Positions 1 to 7,809 of a stretch of DNA of 64,000 nucleotides are shown here, one piece after another (the stretch's first letter is position 1; the number at the start of each line of letters is the position of its first letter). The position numbers and the translations under genes were made by a program. Source of the stretch: a virus. Taxonomy: Duplodnaviria > Caudoviricetes. Below the pieces are notes generated by a model that was not told the DNA's origin, did not search any database, and saw only the letters and a program-made list of their open reading frames with translations. The stretch spans positions 1 to 64,000 of IMG/VR virus record IMGVR_UViG_2791355221_000004; one strand, written 5' to 3'.

Positions 1-510
1 ATGTCCCAAACCTATTTTATTTCCGACCATCACTTTGGTCATAAATCCATTATTGATTTCGAAGATCGTCCCTTCGCGGATGCAGATGAAATGAACGCAG
101 CCATGATTGCCAAATGGAATGCGGTCGTGACGAAAGACGATACCGTCTTTCATCTTGGCGACTTTTCCTTTCTTAACAAAGAGAAGACTGAGGCTATCGT
201 TTCTCAGCTGAACGGCTACAAGATTCTCATTCTGGGCAACCACGACCGAGGACGTTCGAGAACTTGGTGGCTCGACGCCGGCTTTGATGAAGTAAGCGAG
301 TATCCTATCATTTATAAAAACTTTTTCTTCCTGTCCCATGAGCCGATGTATATGAACAAACAGATGCCATACGTCAACGTCCATGGCCATATTCACGGCC
401 AGAAATACGAGGGGCATCATTATTATAATGTCAGTGTGGAACAGTTGGATTATACGCCGGTTTCTTTTGAGCAGATTCGTGATTCGGTTGTGGTGAGTGA
501 GGAGCAGTAG
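1..510 (+). CDS. Calcineurin-like metallophosphoesterase, probably host flank
   Basis: Motifs SDHHFGH, LGDF, LGNHD and HGHIH; visibly more GC-rich than the DNA that follows. Confidence 0.9.
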   Translation: MSQTYFISDHHFGHKSIIDFEDRPFADADEMNAAMIAKWNAVVTKDDTVFHLGDFSFLNKEKTEAIVSQLNGYKILILGNHDRGRSRTWWLDAGFDEVSEYPIIYKNFFFLSHEPMYMNKQMPYVNVHGHIHGQKYEGHHYYNVSVEQLDYTPVSFEQIRDSVVVSEEQ

Positions 511-516
511 ATAGTG

Positions 517-762
517 TTAATTGGACCGCAGCGTAGTTTGCTGCGGTTTTGTTATTTTCTTTGTAAGTTCTATAAAATGGGCAATGAATTCGGCGTTTCC
601 GCTGGAGTGAAGTTCACTCTCGTCATTAAAGCCATACAGTTTGCAAAGCACTAGGACGGCTTCTTCTTTTTGAACTTGAGTAGGCTCAGCATGTTGGCTT
701 AACTCAAAAAAGCGTTGAAGGGATGCGAAAGCTGAGAAATGGGTGGATGTTGAATTGTGCAT
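517..762 (-). CDS. Small hypothetical protein, probably SOS-regulated
   Basis: GGAGG SD; sigma-A promoter and LexA box directly upstream. Confidence 0.7.
   Translation of the reverse strand: MHNSTSTHFSAFASLQRFFELSQHAEPTQVQKEEAVLVLCKLYGFNDESELHSSGNAEFIAHFIELTKKITKPQQTTLRSN
525..550 (+). terminator. Intrinsic terminator
   Basis: ACCGCAGC/GCTGCGGT stem followed by a T tract. Confidence 0.75.
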
Positions 763-791
763 GGGATAGACCTCCTTTGTGATATAATGGG

Positions 792-803
792 GAACTAATG
801 TTC
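792..803. promoter_or_regulatory. LexA/DinR (Cheo) SOS box
   Basis: GAAC-TAAT-GTTC matches the Firmicutes GAAC-N4-GTTC consensus. Confidence 0.75.
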
Positions 804-818
804 TGTTTTCTTGTACAA

Positions 819-895
819 AGTATAACTCCGTTGCGATGTTTTGTAAATATAAACAAAATGTTTTGATTTACAAAACATCAGAATAGTTTTATTAT
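819..895. promoter_or_regulatory. Divergent sigma-A promoters with a 14-bp inverted repeat
   Basis: Minus strand TTTACA-17-TATACT (847-819); plus strand TTTACA-17-TATTAT (867-895); repeat GATGTTTTGTAAAT (835-848) / ATTTACAAAACATC (866-879). Confidence 0.7.
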
Positions 896-951
896 ATGGT
901 TCATGAAATGCAAGAGATGAAAGATGAATCTTAATTTGGAGGGGAAGCTGC

Positions 952-3735
952 ATGCTGGCTCAACGCAAGTCTTTAAGATATATGTATAAAATTAACAGCA
1001 CACTTCTAAAAAAATATGACTGGAATCTTATTTTGGATCCAGATTCCGCAAGAAAAATAGGGTCAGTCGTCTCGTTAGCCAATAGTCAGGCTATCGAATT
1101 CATAGATGAGATTGTCAAAAGCGGCTTCTCTGAAGAGAAAGTGGATGAAATTAAACAGCAAATCAAGTTGATCAAAAAGAAAAAAACAACGAAGAGTCAT
1201 GTAGAGAAATTAGGACGGCTTTATTGTGAACTGGATGAACTACTATTTATGAATGATTACTTATGTATACAGTTTGATAAAAAAACAGATTTTGATCAAG
1301 CCAATAAAGGTTTTTATTTCAATAATATCCGATTTACAAGGTTATATGGGACAAACGGTGGAGTGAAGAACGAAACAATCGTTTATGTCAGTGATAAGGT
1401 TGGAGCGGAATTACGCAAAAGGATTGACAATGGCCGCGATGTAAATAAAGAAATAGTGCCAGCCAAACTTGAATCTTATAAGTCACTGATTAGCAGTGCA
1501 AGTGTAAAAGTAACCGAGCCTGATGAAATGGGGGTACTCGTGGTTCGCGATTTCGTGCATGAGATTGATGCTGAGGTTATTAGGCTGAAAGATCATACAG
1601 ATCAGCCGCCGAGTTTGGAAGAAGTATATACCAAGGTGCAAGTTAATGCTTCGGATGGGTTTGGTTTAATCTCTCCTGAGTTTGCTGCTAGATGGGCTGC
1701 AGATTTAGGACTAGATTATATTCCAAGCGGATTTATTGTTCGGAATTCGTTTTGTAAAGGAACTTTGTTTACTTTTGATTTTGTGCTATGGGCAAAGCAG
1801 AAAGCCCAAACCGAAACGGTGAAGGATGTATGGTCGCAGTTACAAGATATATCTAAAGTCCAAATTATTTTAACAGCGGGCATGTTGAAGCTCTGGAGCA
1901 GCTATGCCAATATTGGCCATTATCGAGCTTGCTGCAAAGAAAACGGCTATTCTTATCGTGTAACCAAAACGACGCCTAAAAAATTGGAACAAGAACGTAA
2001 TTTGAACTACCAATTCATCCAGTCTTTACACTTGAACGAGGCTGATTTAGATCAGCTTCTTATGCCGACTGTAGATGAAATTAAAGACGTCATGGGAAGG
2101 GACTGGCGTAAGAGTATTCTATATCTAAAAGGGAATCATGTGGGTGATAAAAACATCGAGATGCTAACCTACGATTATGCCCAAGCACTGATGATTGATC
2201 CTCAGATGATCAATGACCCTTTTGTAAAAAGAAAGATTAGAGAAATGATTGATCAAAGAATTAATAGCGCCAAAATAGGAGAACTGAAAGTAAAGGGGAA
2301 TTACAGCATCCTCTCAGGGGATCCAGTAGCATTATTGGAGCACATGTTTCAATTCAAAGAAGTGAGAGGATTATTAGGAGCCGGTGAATTCTATTCCCGA
2401 TATTGGTTGGATCAAGGCATCCATCAAGTGGCAGCATTCAGAGCACCTATGACCTGTCACAATAACATTCGAATCTTTAGATTCGTCGAAAATGAGGAAA
2501 TTAACAAGTGGTATACATATCTAAGCGGCGTTACGATAATTAATGCGTGGGATACAACGACACAGGCACTTAATGGATGTGATTTCGACGGTGATCAAAT
2601 TATGACAACATCGAATGAGATTATTTTGTCCGGAATTAATGAATCCAAGGCACTTATTTGTGAACAAAAGAATGCCAATGCTGTTATTCCTGCCGAGCAA
2701 GATTTTGTTATAGCGAACAAAAACAGTTTTGGCAATGAAATTGGTCAAATTACGAATAGCGCTACCAGTATGTATGACAAGTTGGCTGAATTTAAACCTG
2801 AGAGTTTAGAATATAAAACCCTTTTGGAAAGAATTATGAGCTGTCAGCATTATCAGCAAAACGCGATTGATAAAGCAAAAGGAATTGAGTTTCATCCAAT
2901 GCCTTCTGTTTGGTTTAACTACAAGTCCAATCTAGAGCTAGATAAAGATACGAAGGAAGTTTTGAATGTTAACGAGTTTAATATTCGTATTTTGGCGAAC
3001 AAAAAACCGTATTTTATGATTTACCGATATGAGCACTTAAACAATGATTATAAAAAGTTTTTATCCAATACCAATCAAAATTCATTTAACCGTTTTGGCT
3101 GCAGCGTAGCGGAATTAATAGAAAAGGAAAGCAAGACGGACGAAGAAACACAGTTTATACAATCGTATTTTAACCAGATGCCGGTCTCTAGGGGGAATTC
3201 AGTAGTTAATCAGCTTTGTTGGAAAATTGAAGAGCATTTTGCAGCAAGGAAAAGCAAACAGAAAAGCGAAGCATTTGACTATTCCATCCTCATGTCTCCG
3301 GATCGAACGTATAGTAAAAGTACATTTAAGAAAATAAAAGATTTGTATGATGAATATAAATACATGACTCAAGCCTATATGCTGGGCAAAAAAGTAACGA
3401 TTTCTAATCGTGCAGCAGAAGATACTTATTCCGATCAACGTCGTTTGTTCACTGAAAGATTTAAAGTTATAGCTTCGCAAATGTGCAGTAATGAGGAGGA
3501 GTTGTGCGATATTATTGTTACTTTATGTTATACCAATGATCAGTCCAAACAGTTTGCTTGGGATATTGTTGGAGAAAAAATGATTAATAACTTATTGAAA
3601 AGGAATGATTTTGTTATTTCATATCCTGAACTGGATGCTGCTGGCGATATTGAATTCAGCGGAAATAGGTTTTCAATGAAAAAGAAACAAATCGGACTAC
3701 ATGAGGAGTGGGTACATGAATATTTTGCTAAGTGA
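952..3735 (+). CDS. yonO: YonO-like single-subunit (two-barrel) DNA-dependent RNA polymerase
   Basis: 927 aa with SDGFGLISP, FRAP and catalytic GCDFDGD motifs; followed by an HU-like gene as in SPbeta yonO-yonN. Confidence 0.88.
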   Translation: MLAQRKSLRYMYKINSTLLKKYDWNLILDPDSARKIGSVVSLANSQAIEFIDEIVKSGFSEEKVDEIKQQIKLIKKKKTTKSHVEKLGRLYCELDELLFMNDYLCIQFDKKTDFDQANKGFYFNNIRFTRLYGTNGGVKNETIVYVSDKVGAELRKRIDNGRDVNKEIVPAKLESYKSLISSASVKVTEPDEMGVLVVRDFVHEIDAEVIRLKDHTDQPPSLEEVYTKVQVNASDGFGLISPEFAARWAADLGLDYIPSGFIVRNSFCKGTLFTFDFVLWAKQKAQTETVKDVWSQLQDISKVQIILTAGMLKLWSSYANIGHYRACCKENGYSYRVTKTTPKKLEQERNLNYQFIQSLHLNEADLDQLLMPTVDEIKDVMGRDWRKSILYLKGNHVGDKNIEMLTYDYAQALMIDPQMINDPFVKRKIREMIDQRINSAKIGELKVKGNYSILSGDPVALLEHMFQFKEVRGLLGAGEFYSRYWLDQGIHQVAAFRAPMTCHNNIRIFRFVENEEINKWYTYLSGVTIINAWDTTTQALNGCDFDGDQIMTTSNEIILSGINESKALICEQKNANAVIPAEQDFVIANKNSFGNEIGQITNSATSMYDKLAEFKPESLEYKTLLERIMSCQHYQQNAIDKAKGIEFHPMPSVWFNYKSNLELDKDTKEVLNVNEFNIRILANKKPYFMIYRYEHLNNDYKKFLSNTNQNSFNRFGCSVAELIEKESKTDEETQFIQSYFNQMPVSRGNSVVNQLCWKIEEHFAARKSKQKSEAFDYSILMSPDRTYSKSTFKKIKDLYDEYKYMTQAYMLGKKVTISNRAAEDTYSDQRRLFTERFKVIASQMCSNEEELCDIIVTLCYTNDQSKQFAWDIVGEKMINNLLKRNDFVISYPELDAAGDIEFSGNRFSMKKKQIGLHEEWVHEYFAK

Positions 3736-4474
3736 AAAAAAACTGCTTCATCAGATACTAGTTGAGGATTACTGGGGTCCAAATAAGCATGATCTGATTA
3801 GAGTTTTAGTTAAACATTTCTATGGGGAGGGGTTAAAGCGGAAGAGCGTCAAGGAAGAAGTAGAGAACGTTATTATACAAAAAATGGATACCTATAATCC
3901 TCTAGTTTGGGATGCGATCTTAAATAAATATTTGAAAAGGTTAGAAAAGGCGGATCATAGACTATATTCGGTAGATGAAATTATCATCACACAAGATGAA
4001 CTGGCATCTATCAGGGCAATTGAACACGAAGAATATGAGAAGGTTGCTTTTGCTCTTCTGGTGCATGCGAAAATCCAAAATAGTATTAATCCGGATAACC
4101 ACAATTGGATGAACAGCAAAACAACTGACATCATAAGAGACTCGAAGCTTAACCTGAAGGCACAGGAGAAGAAGCTGATTTTCCATGTATTAATGAAACG
4201 AGGATTAATTGAGAGCTCAAAATCGATGACAAATACCAACTTCAAAGTTCTTTTTATTCATAATGAATCTGAGAAGGGAGTTGTAATTAAGGATTTCAGA
4301 AATTATGTTTACGAGTATATAAGAGCGAAGGGGGGGACAAATATAATGGAATGCCAGCAGTGCGAGCTGCTCATCATCAAAAATAAAAACATTCAAAAAT
4401 ATTGCACCGATTGCGCGCGGGTGATTAAGAGAGAGAAGAATCGATTATGGAAACAAGAAAAATGGGTTCAGTAG
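3716..4474 (+). CDS. RNAP-coupled protein with C-terminal Cys4 zinc ribbon
   Basis: CQQC...YCTDC; overlaps the RNAP stop; GAGGAG SD before ATG 3716; paralog at 51425. Confidence 0.75.
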   Translation: MNILLSEKKLLHQILVEDYWGPNKHDLIRVLVKHFYGEGLKRKSVKEEVENVIIQKMDTYNPLVWDAILNKYLKRLEKADHRLYSVDEIIITQDELASIRAIEHEEYEKVAFALLVHAKIQNSINPDNHNWMNSKTTDIIRDSKLNLKAQEKKLIFHVLMKRGLIESSKSMTNTNFKVLFIHNESEKGVVIKDFRNYVYEYIRAKGGTNIMECQQCELLIIKNKNIQKYCTDCARVIKREKNRLWKQEKWVQ

Positions 4475-4547
4475 GAAAATGAAAATAATTAATAATTTAT
4501 TACTATAAAGTAAAATATTGTACTATTTGTTAATTTCTAATGTGATA
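4470..4547 (+). promoter_or_regulatory. Bipartite motif copy 1 (candidate phage-RNAP promoter)
   Basis: AGTAGGAAAATGAAAA ... TTCTAATGTGATA; both boxes are repeated exactly at 4999-5077. Confidence 0.5.
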
Positions 4548-4596
4548 AAGAAGACGGAGCATAAAATTAAAAAACTTTAACCAGGCAGGTGGTCTT

Positions 4597-4923
4597 TTGA
4601 ATAAACAAGGTTTAGTCAGTGAAGTGGTTATGAAAACAAAAGTGACAAAAAAAGTTGCTTCAATTATTGTCGATGCTGTTCTTGATACGATTTCTGAATC
4701 GTTGCAAGCCGGTGAAAAAGTCCAACTGCTTCATTTCGGCACATTTGATACCTATGTAAGATCGGCGAGAAAAGGAATTAATCCAATGCTGCTTACCCAA
4801 TTACTGAATCAAGGATTGGATGCTGAATCAGCAAAAGTAAGAGCCATCGTCTCTATACCTGAAGTAAGGGTAGCTGATTTTAAGGCAGCAGAAAAGCTGA
4901 AAGAAGTGTTGAAGGTTATCTGA
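4597..4923 (+). CDS. HU-like DNA-binding protein (YonN-like) with extended arm
   Basis: MNKQGLV...GEKVQLLHFGTF...RKGINP...FKAAEKLK. Confidence 0.88.
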   Translation: MNKQGLVSEVVMKTKVTKKVASIIVDAVLDTISESLQAGEKVQLLHFGTFDTYVRSARKGINPMLLTQLLNQGLDAESAKVRAIVSIPEVRVADFKAAEKLKEVLKVI

Positions 4924-4944
4924 GCAAGGTGCTTTACATGAATG

Positions 4945-4975
4945 AAGACTACTCATTGTTGAGTGGTCTTTTTTT
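4945..4975 (+). terminator. Intrinsic terminator
   Basis: AAGACTACTCA/TGAGTGGTCTT stem plus T tract. Confidence 0.8.
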
Positions 4976-4998
4976 ATTTAATTACTCGAATATCGACA

Positions 4999-5077
4999 AG
5001 TAGGAAAATGAAAAAAGTCAAAAATATCATATAAATAATGGAATATATGTAAATTAATATAATCTTCTAATGTGATA
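4999..5077 (+). promoter_or_regulatory. Bipartite motif copy 2 (candidate phage-RNAP promoter for tail operon)
   Basis: Same 16-bp and 13-bp boxes as 4470-4547, spacing differs by 1 nt; lies just after a terminator. Confidence 0.5.
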
Positions 5078-5096
5078 GATAAATATATCCCAGAAC

Positions 5097-5303
5097 ATGA
5101 AAGGAATCAGTCTTTTTGATTTTGGTGGAATCATGCTTAAATATACAGTTGATCCTATTGGTATTGTACAAATTATCGAGTATGAGATAGGGAATCCAAG
5201 AATGGTAGTTGAGGATAACAGCAATGATTGTGATGACGTACTGACGCGCAAATCTCAATTACTTGAAACTGAATGTTTCTATATAAACAAAAAAGAAGGA
5301 TGA
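5097..5303 (+). CDS. Small hypothetical protein
   Basis: ORF in operon direction; start uncertain. Confidence 0.35.
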   Translation: MKGISLFDFGGIMLKYTVDPIGIVQIIEYEIGNPRMVVEDNSNDCDDVLTRKSQLLETECFYINKKEG

Positions 5304-5339
5304 GGAGAGTATCCGTGTTCTCCTGGATCGTATTTCAAT

Positions 5340-5460
5340 AAAACTTACGCTTTAAGCACATCTATTCAATCGGATAGGTGGATTTAAAGCGTAAGTTTTC
5401 GTATGTGAAGCCGTATGTAATGTCCCCTCTTCCAACTTTAAGCAGCTATACATACGAAAC
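5340..5460 (+). ncRNA. Structured two-hairpin leader, homologous to 56258-56377
   Basis: 16-bp stem 5340-5355/5384-5399; second stem 5397-5406/5450-5459 with pyrimidine-rich loop. Confidence 0.6.
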
Positions 5461-5514
5461 TTAGGCATGCAAAGGAAGACGCAGGAAAGACTGAGGTGAG
5501 GAGATTGAATTTCA

Positions 5515-6237
5515 TTGAAGATTGAAGATGACATAAAGCTGGAAGCATTAGCTAATTTGCCTACATCAGTTGGGCCGCTGCTTGTTTCACCGTTGACCTT
5601 GAAAGAAATCATTCAGTATGGGTACAGCAAATATAGTCAAGTCGTACAAGTTGCTTTGCTTACCAAAGAACAGCTCATTAAACCGGAGTATTTATCGCAG
5701 CTTTCTCCGCAGTTAAGTGTAGCTGAGATTATCTTTGAATTGTTTGAAGATGATTTATCATCATATCTTGTTGACGCGCTTAGATTGTTTCTAAAAGCGG
5801 ATGTAGTTCATTACAAAAATAACGCATTATACATTGATGGGTTAGAGGTAAGCAGCGAGGACTTTAATGAGATTATTAGAATCATAAAAATTCAAAACTG
5901 CCTGGTGACCCCAAATGATGAAAAGTTTAATCCTTTGAATGAGCATGCAGCGAGAATTAAAAAAAAGATGCTTGAAAGTAAAAGGAAAATTCAGGAGTTA
6001 GGTCACGACAATATCAATGATCAATCATTATCGATATTTGACTTAATTTCAATTTTGTCTTCTCATGCAAACGGGATAACGATTTTTAATGTTTTTGATT
6101 TAAACATGCTTCAATTTAATGATCAATTCAGTCGTATGAAGCTTTTGGATGAATATGAAGTCAATATTCAGGCTCTTCTACATGGGGCAGATGCGAAACA
6201 AATTCAATTGAAACATTGGATTTCCAAACTAATGTAG
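5515..6237 (+). CDS. SPbeta-like tail-associated protein
   Basis: Position immediately before the tail tube gene. Confidence 0.55.
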   Translation: MKIEDDIKLEALANLPTSVGPLLVSPLTLKEIIQYGYSKYSQVVQVALLTKEQLIKPEYLSQLSPQLSVAEIIFELFEDDLSSYLVDALRLFLKADVVHYKNNALYIDGLEVSSEDFNEIIRIIKIQNCLVTPNDEKFNPLNEHAARIKKKMLESKRKIQELGHDNINDQSLSIFDLISILSSHANGITIFNVFDLNMLQFNDQFSRMKLLDEYEVNIQALLHGADAKQIQLKHWISKLM

Positions 6238-6279
6238 GTCAATTACCTGCAAAAACATAATTAATAGGAGGAATTTACT

Positions 6280-7056
6280 ATGCAATACGGATCACGTGAA
6301 ATTTGTAATGTTGTTATTAAAGACTTTAAAACCAAGGAGCCAGTGGCTTACCTTGAATCTCTTACAACGTCGGATATCGAAGTAAAAGGAACAACGGTTT
6401 GGGCCAAAGGCGGAAGAGGCGCCGCTAAGCGGATTGGTTGGGATTCTGATAAAGAGATTACACAAAAAATGGAATCTGCTTTGATCACGAAGGAGTCCTT
6501 TGGTGTACTGACAGGCAGCGCATTTACGGCAACGGCCAAACCTGTACATAAAAAGGAAGCAATTCTGGTTACTAGTGACGCTTCGGATAAAGTTGTCATT
6601 TTGTCATCGAAACCAACAGCTGTTGCCGGCTATTTGACACTGTTTTATAAAACAGAAGACGGCTCAAGCCTTGGCGAAAAGCTGACTGCTACGGTTACTA
6701 CGACCGGAACAGGGGCTGCTGCTGTCACGAAAGCCAAATTTGCAGGAGCCATTCCGGCGGTAGGAGATTTGGTCATTGTGGATTATTATGTTGATGCTCC
6801 GGCTAAATCTCAAACGATTTCAATCGATGCGGATAAGTTCCCAGGAACTTATTTTCTGGAAGCCGAAACACTTTGGAGAAATGAGGATGGTGTAGATGTA
6901 CCTGCCTTGTATACCATTCCTAAGATGAAAATTTCTCCGAATTTCACGATTTCGATGGGAATGTCCGGCGAACCTAAGCCGTTCAGTTTCCAAGCTGAAA
7001 TTCTAAAGGATAACAAATCACAATCGATGGTTATTATTGATTTGTTGGAAGAATAG
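6280..7056 (+). CDS. Major tail (tube) protein
   Basis: 258 aa, beta-rich; strong SD, own terminator; precedes chaperone and tape measure. Confidence 0.75.
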   Translation: MQYGSREICNVVIKDFKTKEPVAYLESLTTSDIEVKGTTVWAKGGRGAAKRIGWDSDKEITQKMESALITKESFGVLTGSAFTATAKPVHKKEAILVTSDASDKVVILSSKPTAVAGYLTLFYKTEDGSSLGEKLTATVTTTGTGAAAVTKAKFAGAIPAVGDLVIVDYYVDAPAKSQTISIDADKFPGTYFLEAETLWRNEDGVDVPALYTIPKMKISPNFTISMGMSGEPKPFSFQAEILKDNKSQSMVIIDLLEE

Positions 7057-7065
7057 CAACTGCAA

Positions 7066-7093
7066 ACAGGAGACTTAGGTCTCCTGTCTTTTA
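7066..7093 (+). terminator. Intrinsic terminator/attenuator after tail tube gene
   Basis: ACAGGAGAC/GTCTCCTGT stem plus T tract. Confidence 0.75.
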
Positions 7094-7124
7094 TTAAATT
7101 TAGTAACGGGAGGGGACACATTTC

Positions 7125-7565
7125 GTGGCAAAGAAACTAACACTTACGGCTATGAAGAAAGATCATACCAAAATCTTTAATGAAAAAACAAAGATCACCT
7201 TATCCAATGGCGATTACTTACATATTTATAAGGAATTTAAGACGACATCTATTCAGAAATTAGTCGTTGATTATATGGAGATTATCGAAGAGTTGAAAAA
7301 GAGACAAATCGGTTTTAAAACTTTTAAAGATATGACGTTTGTTTACTACATGTTATTACTCAAACATTTTACAGACTTAAACAATATCCCAACTGACATC
7401 GAAAAAATGATTATTATTTGTGAGGAACTCATCAATTTGGATTTACTTGAGCAAATTATGCAAGCCTTCCCCGAGGATCAATTGAAAAAAATTAAAAAGC
7501 TGCTCGATAAAGCAAATGAGAATAGTGAGCTTCTAGGAAAACACTTAAATGACCCAATGACATAA
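7125..7565 (+). CDS. Putative tail assembly chaperone
   Basis: Helical-looking 146 aa protein between tube and tape measure genes. Confidence 0.6.
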   Translation: MAKKLTLTAMKKDHTKIFNEKTKITLSNGDYLHIYKEFKTTSIQKLVVDYMEIIEELKKRQIGFKTFKDMTFVYYMLLLKHFTDLNNIPTDIEKMIIICEELINLDLLEQIMQAFPEDQLKKIKKLLDKANENSELLGKHLNDPMT

Positions 7566-7579
7566 AAGGAGGAAATACA

Positions 7580-7726
7580 ATGTCTAAATATGAAATGGAT
7601 GAAACAACCCTAAAAAATTTAACCATCTTTCTTGGAAGAGTGAATCTTACGGGTGCAGAGGTCGGAGAATTCAATAAAATCATTCAAGCATTATCCAATC
7701 CGATTCCAGAAAACATCGAAAAGTAA
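7580..7726 (+). CDS. 48-aa hypothetical protein (not in ORF track)
   Basis: AAGGAGG SD; MSKYEMDETTLKNLTIFLGRVNL...PENIEK. Confidence 0.65.
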   Translation: MSKYEMDETTLKNLTIFLGRVNLTGAEVGEFNKIIQALSNPIPENIEK

Positions 7727-7809
7727 ATTTCTTATTCGAACATTCTACATCAGTTGAATGGTGTAGGAGATTGGACGAAGAAATAGAAAACAAAGGAGTG
7801 AAGCCTATA

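Noticed and set aside
952-3735. RNA-dependent RNA polymerase or RNAi-like system
   Set aside because: Motifs resemble cellular RdRPs, but the phage context matches YonO, a demonstrated DNA-dependent enzyme
5352-5612. Minus-strand ORFs here and at 56139-56459 sharing HTKTYALN
   Set aside because: The similarity is confined to the conserved structured leader and is explained by nucleotide conservation
7480-7580. Programmed -1 frameshift joining the chaperone to the 48-aa ORF
   Set aside because: The small ORF is in the -1 frame, but stop codons (7493, 7508, 7517, 7550) follow the A-run, and it has its own strong SD
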